Positions 1 to 12,766 of a DNA stretch of 64,000 nucleotides are shown piece after piece. This DNA comes from Plasmodiophora brassicae (taxonomy: Eukaryota). Position 1 is the first letter of the stretch. The number at the start of each line of letters is the position of its first letter. Location of the stretch: contig CP145411.1 in assembly GCA_036867785.1 (NCBI GenBank), positions 558,001 through 622,000 on the forward strand, in the 5' to 3' direction. Under the pieces are notes generated by a model, which did no database searches, was not told the DNA's origin, and worked only from the letters and a program-made list of their open reading frames with translations. Made by a program: the position numbers and the translations under genes.

Positions 1-499
1 CCGCTGAACATGACCCGTTCTTGGACGATTTGGGGGGGTTCGCGTGGCGCGGCCGAACACGATGACCCGCGTGGCCATCGAGGATCAAACGTAACATGCA
101 CATTGTCTTGATGTCGTTGTACATCTTGTCCAGCCTGTCGCTTTGCGCGTAGCATCCCATGTTGGATTGATATTTCGCCCCCGGATCGCTAATCAGATGC
201 TGACCACGACCTTCGCGAGCGACAGGCCAAGTTCGGTGACGGCCAGCTGCTGAGTCAGTGATCCCACCGGTACTGCCCCACTTATTTGGATTCTTCAAAG
301 CTTCCTGGCCGCGAGGGATGTCGCTTGATGACGGACCGATAGACATCATTATTCCAGGGCGCTTGAAGCGGCATCGCGAAGGCGATCGGTAAGCGTCGTC
401 GTACGGCGTACGAATACGATGCGGAACGCTCGTGGCGCTACCACAGAACACGATGACAGCAATCCAGACGATCCAGACTTGAGAACTCCCCAGAGACAT
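1..499 (-). CDS. Partial ORF running off the window start; possible secreted hypothetical protein
   Basis: Hand translation from the ATG at 499 gives MSLGSSQVWIVWIAVIVFCGSATSVPH... and stays open to base 1. The N-terminus is hydrophobic and signal-like. No family recognised. Confidence 0.35.
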   Translation of the reverse strand, partial: MSLGSSQVWIVWIAVIVFCGSATSVPHRIRTPYDDAYRSPSRCRFKRPGIMMSIGPSSSDIPRGQEALKNPNKWGSTGGITDSAAGRHRTWPVAREGRGQHLISDPGAKYQSNMGCYAQSDRLDKMYNDIKTMCMLRLILDGHAGHRVRPRHANPPKSSKNGSCSA

Positions 500-976
500 C
501 GATCGACTCAACAAGAAACGCGTCAGGCCTTCAGCGGTCTGCGCGGCACCCCGCGCGCGTTCAGGGCCCGGTTTTACAAATTGGCTCGCCTGCGCGGCTC
601 GGGCAGAGCACAGTGCGATGTCGCAGGTCAACTGTGTTCCATACTCGTGCAGCCTATTCGCAATGATACTGAACGGGCGATGGTTGGTTGTCAAATGAAA
701 GATCATCTGTCGTCGCGGTCGTGACACCGGAGGGCACTTCTACAGGTGTCGCCAAACAGACACTGTTGCATAACCACAATGGAACGCAATACCTATTTCG
801 GTTTCGAATGACATCCACCATGGTTCAGAAGGGCATGGCAGTTCGCAGCTGACACTTGTGGCATGACACTGAAAGTCGAGAGTCGACGGCCTTTACGAAG
901 ACTTGTAGGAGTGTAGGACAGGTTTCGCGAAAGCCGCGCTTGCCGAGTTGCAGAAGTCCGTACGCTCTCTGTCGCG

Positions 977-1682
977 ATGGCGTCTGCTGACGACAACGTC
1001 GTGCCGCCACTAGACCTGACTGACACGTTGGCAATCAAGCATGTGCTGGACGACCAAGCCGTCCTGGTTGGGGAATTGGGATTTGTGATTTATACAGGGC
1101 CCGTTACTGATCGGTCGATATCTGCCGTAGTTTATCACGCAGAAGGGATACGAGGAGGACTACGTTCCGTTCGCGTTGAACTCTGTAATCTCCGTCATTG
1201 CTGTCGTATTGGCAGTTGTTGGGCATTTCCTGGAGTTCCCCGGCAAACGGATGTATGTGATCCTCTGTGTGGCTGGATTCGCCGTATGTGTCGGGCTCCT
1301 CAACTTCTTGAAAATGCATTATGGGAAGAACTGCTTGCTGTCAACGAAGCCTCGAACTGTATATCATGTCGCATTTCCTACTTGCAATGTTCAACTCACG
1401 TTTCATTAGTCTCGCACACCAGATCAAATTCAACAACTTGGGAAGGTCGCTCCAGGACTGTCCTTGTCGTCTGAGATGCCTCGCTTGCAACCGATGTACA
1501 CTGTGAGCATTTGCAGTCGCCCTTACGCGCAAGCGACCAAGGTCCTCGAGCCGATCACGAAGGAGCTGTCTGTTTTCGAGTTCTTCACTGTTGACGGGCA
1601 GTTCCTCCAGGTCAAGTTCTTTGATCGGCTCAACGAGGTTCTGGAGCTGTATCACGCATCTGCATCGAAGAAGACAAAATGA
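977..1682 (+). CDS. SPCS2: Signal peptidase complex subunit 2 (SPC25), spliced
   Basis: Exons give DTLAIKHVLDDQA, two TM helices (VISVIAVVLAVVGHF...ILCVAGFAVCVGLLNFL), then VSSEMPRLQPMYTVSI and KELSVFEFFTVDG, ending in the dilysine ER-retrieval motif KKTK*. Confidence 0.8.
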
Positions 1683-1866
1683 TGCTTTCTTTCCCAGCTA
1701 ATACACGTGCATTTCACTCGGCCAGTTCGCATGAGCCCAGTCATAGGTGCACAACAACAGTACTAAGGTCCTCGGCGTGGATTGGCGGTTAGGAGGTACG
1801 CATGGCGTGGGTCCGGCGCAGGCTCTAACGGGCTACGTATCTGCACGCTCCGTCACCGCCGAGACC

Positions 1867-2007
1867 TACTCCTGGACGCCTGGATAATAAGGTTGGATCC
1901 AATAAGCTGATGCCAGATGGAGTGCACGACTATAGTCGTGTACTGTTGACCGTTCATAGGGCGTCTGCTAATCGGAGCCGACCTTATCATCCAGGCTTCC
2001 TGGAGTA
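1867..2007. repeat. Long imperfect inverted repeat (hairpin); candidate structured RNA
   Basis: Arms 1867-1914 and 1960-2007 match at 39/48 positions with no gaps. An inner near-palindrome agtgcacgactatagtcgtgtact lies at 1921-1944. Confidence 0.75.
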
Positions 2008-2305
2008 CCCACATAGGTAGGCAACGGTGCTGAAATCGAGGTCTAGCAAAAAACGCTGTAGGTGACGAGCGGCGCGGCCGCGCTGTTCAGCCATGTCCCA
2101 GGGACAAGTCAGGTCTCCAGAATCCGCCCTACAGCTGCACTGCTGTAATCATATTGTCCTGCCGAGCACACCCAGCATGCGTTCCTGATCGCGTGCCCGC
2201 GCCCAGTGGCCACGCGACCCTACCTGTCGATGCATCACGTTCCACGCAGTGCTCTGTGCGTTCCTGTAGCGTTCGTGCGTGCTTCACATATGTCCAGCCT
2301 AGCTG

Positions 2306-2470
2306 CCGGCATGCAAGACCGCTAGACCAGAGTTTCCAACTACCCGGATTTCCAACTACCCGGATTTCCAACTACCCGGATTTCCAACTACCCGGAGTTT
2401 TCCCACTACCCGGAGTTTCCAACTACCCGGAGTTTCCGGTATAGGGTGGTCTAGCGGAGTTGCATGCCGG
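2306..2470. mobile_element. MITE-like element with 24-bp terminal inverted repeats enclosing a 16-18 bp minisatellite
   Basis: TIRs ccggcatgcaa(ga/ct)ccgctagacca at 2306-2329 and 2447-2470 (22/24). The interior is about 6 tandem copies of gga(g)tttccaactaccc. Confidence 0.65.
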
Positions 2471-2529
2471 TGACCGTGATCATTATCATAACTTCGCACT
2501 CTGACAGATCGTGCTGGAGCCGAGCCACC

Positions 2530-3018
2530 ATGGAGGAACCGATCTGGCATACCGTCTGGCAAATCCTGACGTATCAGGGGTCAAACATTGATATTGTCAT
2601 CAACTACGTCATGTGCTGTGTCGCCCTATATGCCTGCCTGACTGTCGACCGCCCTCCAAGTCCTATACAAGAGAGCCGTCGCCGACCGAGGTGCACGTAC
2701 TCTGCTTTCATTATCTTCGAGACGGTCGCGCTTCTCCTTTATCAAGTGATACTCTGCATCGGTAACCTGTTGTGGCATTCGTCCAGGGGCACACGTCTTA
2801 TTAGTTTCGAAGGCGTCCATTGTACAGGCGTGTCGATTGTATGGTCAGCACTGTTTGGGACGTACTGCTTCTTCGACCGACATCGCTTCCCGGCACTGAA
2901 ATCCTTGACCTACGTCTTCGTTACTTCTGCTGTCTGGGCGTACTATTTTGCCACGGAAGACGGGCTCACAACAGTCGCTCATTTCTCTGCCTTCATACTC
3001 GGTAGTCTACGAAAATGA
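2530..3018 (+). CDS. Small multi-pass membrane protein, possibly rhomboid-like
   Basis: Intronless 162-aa ORF with a gccaccATGG start context and several hydrophobic helices. CTGVS and TTVAHFSAFILG resemble the rhomboid GxS and AHxxG motifs. Confidence 0.45.
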   Translation: MEEPIWHTVWQILTYQGSNIDIVINYVMCCVALYACLTVDRPPSPIQESRRRPRCTYSAFIIFETVALLLYQVILCIGNLLWHSSRGTRLISFEGVHCTGVSIVWSALFGTYCFFDRHRFPALKSLTYVFVTSAVWAYYFATEDGLTTVAHFSAFILGSLRK

Positions 3019-3337
3019 ACCTAGTGTTTGCTAGCTGTAATTCGTCTGCATGCCAGGTATTGTGATTGCCGTTGCTGGCGACAGGTATTGCCTTCCCGCC
3101 TGTCATCCTCATCAAGAAGACATACTGAGCGAGTCGACGCTCGGCAAGTGATAAAACCGAGTTCTTGTCCGATAGCTAACTTGAAACGGCACCGAAAACA
3201 ATACCATCAGTTCAACAACGTCATAGCAGGTGACTTTAGGCGTCAGCACGAGCGCGAATGTGCTCCGGACTGCTGACTGGTCAAAAGATCAGCACAACTG
3301 TCCGGAAAAGGTCACACGAGATTTTGCTGTCCGCGCG

Positions 3338-5126
<1,789 letters not shown>

Positions 5127-5329
5127 CCGCCGGCCTTGCCATTGGTTCGCATACACAGATCTCCCATACGCTTCTGCACAATCATGCTGGGTATGTCGAA
5201 ATAGCATCGTGTCAGGGTACAGTGGAACAGTCTGAGGTTGCGGGGGCCGTGGCGGAGAAATGTTGTTGGTCCCGAGGATTTCTAAGTAGTCGACCAGCCT
5301 GATCCTCAACGGAGCTCTACCTAGGTGCC

Positions 5330-6186
5330 ATGCGTCTCACCGAGATGAGGGTTGGCGTCCCCTGTACTGCCGACCAGGCTCTCCCGGCGTACTTGTATTC
5401 ATTTACACGCTATGTGGATGAACACAGGCACACGAAGGTAGGTCGAGCGGTTCCGACGGACGATGGTCCTGCTGAAACCGCCCTGCCAGATGAAAGTTGT
5501 CCGCCGATGCCGGTATAGAAATCACGCTGGGGACACGTGCTATTTCGTGGAGCGACAGTACACATTGCAGATTGTTCCCGAATGGGCACTCAAACTCGTT
5601 CCGAATGGCGTACAGACCATTGAGCGATGTTTCATTGAATGGCCTCGTATTCGAAGCATCGTCGCGTGCCCAATGCTATCAGGAAGGCTGTCTATATCTA
5701 TTGATGCATTCTTCTCCGACAAGAGCGATCTTCAGAACGTATTGTCGGGCGTGGCGTTACAGTCCGTCTGCGCTTCTTAGTTCCGTGTGTAGGTGTTTGG
5801 CCTAGATTCGAACGAGATTGCTGTCAGAAGGCTGATACGCGCGAATATATCGCCCACGCCCACGCTCTTCGTCTATAAGCTCTTTCGAATTTCGTTCAAT
5901 CAGTTTGGGTTGCAGAAAAAGCTGGAAGAGTTTATCGAAGCGGTGCGTTTCGTCGAACTGTATAAGCGTGTGGATTCATGGAACGTTCCCGCAGGAACTG
6001 AACGACGCCTGGAAGAAAATGTTTATGAAGGCTGTTGATTGGAAGGATCAGTGGGAACAGCTGACTATCGATTCTGCGATCGGTCCATGGCCCGAATCGG
6101 AATCCGTCATGCGGATGGATCCGATTCCTCCCCAGCTTCATTCCAACGGACTGCACGTTGGCATGCGTTTCAAGTCCAAACTGTAA
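5330..6186 (+). CDS. Phosphatidylinositol transfer protein (PITP)-like, divergent, ending in -SKL
   Basis: MRLTEMRVGVPCTADQ..YLYS, YKLFRISFNQFGLQKKLEEFI and W(K)DQWEQLTID resemble the PITP N- and C-terminal motifs. Three short introns. Confidence 0.7.
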
Positions 6187-6246
6187 TAACAACCGTTTCT
6201 TCATTGTTAAATCAATCGTGCCACTGTTCTACTTATACGACCCCTG

Positions 6247-6724
6247 TCAGTATAAGTAGATGCCCCAGGCAGTTGCTGTACAGAACATCGTATCGTTGAT
6301 GAAGGTATCCGTTGCCATCCCATCGCTTTCTGGATCCCAGAAACACCTCGACGCCATGCGAACGCCAGCGCCGCGCTGCTCGCCGATAATGACTTGAACG
6401 AGGAACTTGTACCTGGGCAAGTTCATCTCTAGAGGAGAGTGTCAACCCGCAAGGCCTAACCCATCCTGAAATCTCGCTTACTTCGCAACTCGCTCTTGAT
6501 CTGATCAGCGATCTCACGTGTCAGCGCTGGAGTCGTATCCTGGTTGTACGACTCCGACTGGAGACGCGTTTTGAGAACATCGAGGATCACCTGCTTCACC
6601 GAGGCTGGCTTGAACCTGGAGCACTGATGTGAGCGAAAACCCAGCACCTTCTTGACAGCTTCACATACTTTGCTTTGTACGACGGCCTGATCTGATGGTC
6701 CGATTCGCTGGCCTCCAGCACCAT
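6247..6724 (-). CDS. TCTEX1D2: Tctex1-domain dynein light chain (TCTEX1D2-like)
   Basis: FKPASVKQVILDVLKTRL, TREIADQIKSELR and LPRYKFLVQVIIGEQRGAGVRMASRCFWD...FCTATAWGIYLY*. Two introns. Confidence 0.88.
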
Positions 6725-6917
6725 AACTTCACACGTCTATGACGTTAGGCGAACGGGTGGCTGCGCTCCATTCCGGCCTCAAAGTCTCCAACCTATGTAG
6801 CGCATATCCACTTCGTGCATCTTTCTCGCCAATATACTGCCGCATAAGTTTATAAGAAACCTGGACGAGGAGCACGAGGGTTGTATTTCGAATTTCGCTG
6901 AAGCCCTCATCCGATCC

Positions 6918-8349
6918 CTATCCAGAGACAAGATCCGCGTATTGGTTCAATAGTACGTCGCGTTTCAACGCATGTGCCGCTTCCTCTTCTATGGTCAGTG
7001 TCACAGTGATGTCCCCAGAATCCACCCCTTGCAGAAGTCGGAAAAATCCCGCTGGCAGTGGACCACCACCCGACGTCGCAGCAAACGGCTTTCCCCATCC
7101 AAAGTCGAATTTGGTACTCTCTAGATGAGCCTGACACCAGTTCGTCCCCACGACATCGGCAGCGAAGACGATTCGGCCAGGAGGCTCAGTATTTGCAGGA
7201 TCTTCAAAGAACGAGATCTTGCTGGCGACAGCTTCGGGCGCAAGTTGAACGTTCAGCGCATTTCGGATCCCGAGGGCGACACGAGAAGCTGAGCCGCTAG
7301 TGGCCGACAACAGATCAAGTCGAGGAGCCTTTGCAGCGCAAAGGGCGTTGAGGTTTCCAAAGTATCGTCCGCCGATGTCGCCTTGAGGAGCTCTGCCACG
7401 TCCATCCGCAGCCAGCGCAAGTACTTCGGTTTGATCATCACCAGAGACCTGCTGTCTCGAGACATTAGCAGTGTCACGAGCGCGAGCAACGGCGCCCCAG
7501 AGAAGAGCACAAAGGGCGTCACCTGATGAAATCCACAGGCCATGCATCGCCGAATGCGAGGGCGACAAATCACACTTCAGACGTGCAACGGCATCTGGGG
7601 TGAATTTCCATCTGGTGATCGCGGAAGGTGGGAGCGAAGGTAATGCGTCTAACGGTGCAGGAAGGACCGCGAATGGTGGCGGAGGGGTTGGCATTGACAC
7701 GTCCGAAGACGTCGCAGCAGCGAAGAAGCGACCAGGAGTATGAGACCAATCGTCAGGAATTTTCGAGCAGTCGGGAATTTCGCCTCGCGCAATTTGAGCC
7801 CACACTTCAAGGAAATCAACGAACCCGCGTAGGTCAGTCACTTGGTGGTGCATGGAGGCGGCTACAGCGACCGTGCCGCAGGAAAACTATCCAACTCGTC
7901 ATGCAAGCCATTCCAATGTTGAGTGGTGGTAGCAATCTCGAGGCCGAAGCGCGTACCTGGGTTACTTTGACTGCTAAAGCGCTAGCAGGTGGTGGTAGAA
8001 ACACAGCAGGCCGAGGAGACAGGTCATCCGTATCCCCAGCAAACGGTGTATCTTTCGTCGCGGTCAAGAACGGGGTCCCCAGGCGATTTTCGACCCTCAT
8101 ATCGATGTACGGCTTGCCGGTCCCGTCGGCTCGCACAGTTCCAGCAACGGGCGGGTACAGACCCAGCGCTCTGGCAAGGGACGACTTCAGGCGGCGGACG
8201 ACGTCCAGATCCGTTTGCGGACGGCGGTAGAACCGGTGGATGCTGATGTGCACCGGGCCACTGAACAGATCCAGGCCGTGCAGTGCGATCGTCGTCGGCC
8301 GCCCCCGTGCATGGCTGCTGGCGCTGGTCGGGTGAATTGTTGTCAACAT
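6918..8349 (-). CDS. BAHD/Tri101-type CoA-dependent acyltransferase (Transferase family)
   Basis: LKSSLARALGLYPPVAGTV, LAVKVTQ, HxxxD motif (HQVTD), YFGN and DFGWGKP. One intron near 7890-7955. The start could be at 8385. Confidence 0.88.
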
Positions 8350-8600
8350 CTCGACGTGCCCGACTGGATCAGGAATCCCCGTCATCTGGCTCGCGTAGGC
8401 GGCGGTCTGTTTGCCGAGGTAAGTACTTGCACGACGCAAACCCGCACACAATGACGCGGTGCCGCGGGTGGACGCTCCCAGGGATAGGTCTGGCAGGAGA
8501 AGGGGACGTAAACACTGAAAGTGAAACCGTGTCGGCAGCATGGCAAAAATAGCATTCGCCGGTCGACGAAGGCGGCACACCTGTTGCCGTCGGAATCGGC

Positions 8601-11412
8601 ATGGGCGATCAGGACCGTGCGCCAGCCGCGGCGATCAAGCGGCTCGAGGCGAAGATCGCACAAATTAACCAAGGGCTGACGGGCTGTCAGCGCCTGACGG
8701 ATAACATGGTCGGCCGTGTTGGTGCCCTGTGCCGTGTCTGCCGTCGGGTGACAATGGTCGGTACCGTAGTGCGATGTGCTGGACGTGTTCGAGCGGCGCC
8801 TTGTGGACCTCGAGGCGACGATGATACCGATTCACAAGCAGACCCAAAGCCTGACGCTAGCGCAAAGAAGCATGTGCTGTGCGTGTCGTTCTGGTGCGTT
8901 GCTGCTGACCAAGCCGTGCAGATATTGATAGGACGATCGCTGAAGTCGATCTGCTGCAACGTCACTGTGCCACTTCACAGATCGACGAATCGACAATCGA
9001 CGAAAGGTACGGTTGACGGAATGAGACCATGAATACGCTGGGATTCACTGGATCACGTGTTTGTTCTCCAGGTCGGTGCGACAAGAGCCTCAACAATTCC
9101 TGGAACAGGTTAATCGAATTAATGAAGCTGCCGCGTTCTTCGATGCCCACCAATCAATTGCGAACGCGACAAAGTACCAGCGCTCGTGCGCATCCCTGTC
9201 AAAGAAATCTGTCAAGGTTGGCATCCTTGACAAGCGCTGGCTGAGTTCTTCTCAACGTCGTTCGTCTCAACGTCGTGATTTAGGTTTGCGAAGCAGAGTT
9301 CAAACGAGTTATTGAAACAGAAAGCAAGTCCATCGATTTCAGTCAGCTTCCCTGGCCACTTCCCGATGATTTTCAGCCCGTAACTCTGACGTTCACGATT
9401 GCATGTTCCCCGCAATTTATCTCTGATTACGTCAGATGTCGCATGCGACCCTGAACCAGCTTGGCGTACTAGCCGCTTGCCTGGAGAAGTGCAAGAGCAC
9501 TGAACTTTTCTTGAATCGGCTCATCCAAATCCGGTCAGATAATTTGAAGACGTCGCTGGATACAGCCAGCGCGGGCAGCTCGTCGTCCCAGTCGCTGTCT
9601 GAATCCGCTGTCGAGTATGATCGCTCCTGCCGGGAGTCGTTACCAGTGCTCATTGTGGTTGTAGGCGGGACAGCCTGCGAATGGCCCAGAAGGTCAAGAG
9701 CCGGTTAATGGGAGTGAAAAAGAAGTCTGGACAAGAACAGTATGAGAAAGGATCCCATCCTTTTATCAAGTACATTCAGTTCTTCCTCTGGCTCACCAAG
9801 GTACGAACTGCTCGTACCCTATGTCGGCGCTAAGGATCTGACACTTGTGTAGCTGGAACGCAAGCTCATTACTGATCTTTTTGAATTCACAAAGCTGGGC
9901 GATGCCGACATACAGTCATGTATCGCAACAATCACTAACAGGTTGGCAGAAACGTTATTGCAAGGTCACGTGTATCGTTCTGAATTGGCTTGTGTGCAGC
10001 TTGTTAGAAAATGTTACTAAGGAGGCACAAGAGTTGCTGAACAAGAAATCGGACAGCAAAGTACTGATTCTCCTTGACATTTTGGATAACCTGACCAAAT
10101 TGGTACCCCAACATCATTCGAAGGTTTACTGCCCGTCCTCGCATGGCGTTCCACGTTAATCACTGTGTTTCTAAGGGACCGGGGTCGCTTGGGGATGTCG
10201 TAAGGCACTTAGCCGAAGGCGTCCGTAAGGCAATAGAGTACCGCAAGGAAAAGATCGCTCATTCGTATTCTAAGCAGCAGTTCCCGATTGACGGAGGTCG
10301 TATGGGACGTCTGGTTTTCATGTTGTGTTCGCTTACTTTTGTTATAGGATACGACCCTATCACCGTACAGACGATGAACTTTATCACCCGATTCTTTGAA
10401 TACCGGTACCAGAATGTATGCATCCAGGCAACCCCTCTGATTTCCACATAGTACGACGATGGAGATCTGCGTGGCAACGCCATCACCAGGGAGTCCCAGC
10501 AGCGTAACGAAGACCGAGTCCGCCATCTGTGATTTTCTTGTCGCTTTAGACTCGAGGTTTGCAATTCAACCTCGCATATTTTCCCTGGCTGGACTGAGAC
10601 GTAGCCGTGCAGCTTGGAACAGAAAGCAAAGTCGTACAAGAACACCAGGTACGTTGTGACGGGATCTGAAGTGTGCCGCATGAGTTGATGTTATGTTTAG
10701 CCTGATGCACATTTTCTCGTTGAATAACGCGCACTACATCCTGAAGAACATTCGATCTTCGCCCGAGCTGCTAAATGCTATCGGCGAGAATAGTCGTGTC
10801 ATTGCTGATATCGATCAGCGGTACAAGCTCTCGTTTGATTGCTACAAACTTGCGACGTAATTGTGTCGTAATACCCCTCCCCACGCTTTCTAAGGATTAT
10901 CCAGATGGACCAAGCTGCTAGCTTACATCGAAAAACGTGACGACCTGGTCGTGTCGACACCGCTGGCCACATCTCAGAAAAAGGCGATCAAACAGAGCTT
11001 CTCGGTATTGGTGATACCTGTTGCTGGGCAGTCCGCGTTCTGAAGCGCGTGTACAGGGCTTTAACGCCGTCTTCGAGGAACTATACAGCGCTCAAAAGCA
11101 GTTTTCTGTACCCGACCCAGACCTGCGAAGCCAACTTCGCAACGCAAACGTCGAACTCATCATTCCGAAATACCGAACCTTCCTGCAAACGTCCGTTGTT
11201 CACGTATTGGTTGGCATTCGCAATATCGACTTCTGATGCGTGTGCCCAGCTTCGCGAAGGTTGAATTTTCAAGCCATCCGGGCAAGTACATCAAATACCA
11301 TGACAACGTTCTCGAGCAGATGCTTAACAAGTTCTTTGATGAAGAGGTAAGCCCGGTCGACTATTGCAATCCGTGGCGGTTGCTTAGCGTCCGGATGTAC
11401 CTGCAGGCATGA
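8601..11412 (+). CDS. EXO70: Exocyst complex component Exo70, multi-exon
   Basis: LNNAHYILKNIRSS, FNAVFEELYSAQKQFSVPDPDLRSQLR, IIPKYRTFL and HPGKYIKY...LEQMLNKFFD match the Exo70 C-terminal domain. Confidence 0.9.
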
Positions 11413-11635
11413 TGTACTACCGTACTCGAAGATGGGTCCGAATCTGTACAATATCTATTGTTTCAAACGTGTAAGCACGCCCGTCGGACGTCCTGATACG
11501 TGCACTGTAGTGGATTAGCGTCAGTGACTTTATTGTGGTAGAAACGTCAAAAGGAAACGTGTATCATTCAAGAGCAGCCTCCCATGGACAGATCCACAGT
11601 GAGTCTGAGCCTTCACGGTCCCACCAATCTGGGCG

Positions 11636-12757
11636 ATGCCGATCCGTCGGGGCATTGCGATCCTGCTCCTGCTTTCAGGGGTAACCGTACTCGGATTCAT
11701 ATGCATACACATCGCCTGGGACAAGCAATCGCCGCAGGCCTTCCACTACGACAGTGCCCAACGGAACGGTACTTGCCGGGTGCTGCCGTGGTCAGTGGAT
11801 TACATTATCCCCAACGAGCTGAACCACGCGTTCTCCGTTGTGACACAGCCCAGCATTCCTCGCGCTTACTCTGTCGGTTACGAGACGTTCTTCCGCCACC
11901 ATCCATCGGCAACGCTGTACATCATCAGCAATGTCGAGTCAGTCGACCGTTCTTTCGAGCGGAACGGTTTCAGAGTCGTGCTCGTCCCGCTTGACCTGCA
12001 GTTGATCATGGACCAGCTCCTGGAAGCCCTTCCTTCGATGAAGGCAACGGTCTTCGACACCGACGTGTGGCGCAACCAGATCGTCCCGTACATGATGGCA
12101 CACCCAATGGTCCTGTCCGATTTCATCCGTCTCGCCATGCTCTACATGTACGGCGGGTCCTGGATCGACGCCGATGCAATCTACTTGCGCCCATTCGCCT
12201 TCCGCAACGCACTCCCTTGTCACGATCGAATCATCGTCGGCCAGCCTTATGTCCAGTGCGACGACAGCAACGTCGTCCACATACCGTTCAACGGATCCAT
12301 GCCTGTCCGACCAGGTCGCAGCTTCTACGTCACCAACGGCATCATGGGCGGATGGGAGCGGCACCACCCGTTCATTCGGAAGGCCCTGCTCAGAATGCCC
12401 ACTGCTTTCGTCGACACACTGACCGCCTTGGGCGGGATCCTCCTAGTCGACACGTTGGTGCATACCGCGCTGACCGATCCAGGGCCCACCGACCTCCTCG
12501 TAGACGAATGGCCCAACCTGTACGACATCGACCAGCTGTTCGGGTTCTTCAACGTCGACGAGTTCGCCGAGCGATGGCACGGCAACGTTCCCGACATGAT
12601 CGACGATCTAGCTCGACGGCGCGTCTATTCCGTTCAGATCATGTCGGGGACGTACGAGAAGGCGTCCCTGATGCAGGACGCGTTCGCCGACGGCTCCCTG
12701 TACGCAACGCTGTGGCTGAGGAACTGTGTCTTCTCCTGCCATGAACCTATCCAATGA
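11636..12757 (+). CDS. Glycosyltransferase family 32 (DXD sugar-binding), type II membrane protein
   Basis: Intronless 373-aa ORF with an N-terminal TM anchor and SDFIRLAMLYMYGGSWIDAD. Confidence 0.85.
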   Translation: MPIRRGIAILLLLSGVTVLGFICIHIAWDKQSPQAFHYDSAQRNGTCRVLPWSVDYIIPNELNHAFSVVTQPSIPRAYSVGYETFFRHHPSATLYIISNVESVDRSFERNGFRVVLVPLDLQLIMDQLLEALPSMKATVFDTDVWRNQIVPYMMAHPMVLSDFIRLAMLYMYGGSWIDADAIYLRPFAFRNALPCHDRIIVGQPYVQCDDSNVVHIPFNGSMPVRPGRSFYVTNGIMGGWERHHPFIRKALLRMPTAFVDTLTALGGILLVDTLVHTALTDPGPTDLLVDEWPNLYDIDQLFGFFNVDEFAERWHGNVPDMIDDLARRRVYSVQIMSGTYEKASLMQDAFADGSLYATLWLRNCVFSCHEPIQ

Positions 12758-12766
12758 TAAAGGCAT

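Noticed and set aside
2330-2437. Regular direct repeats suggestive of a CRISPR array
   Set aside because: Units are contiguous with no unique spacers, the context is eukaryotic, and no cas genes are present. It is a minisatellite.
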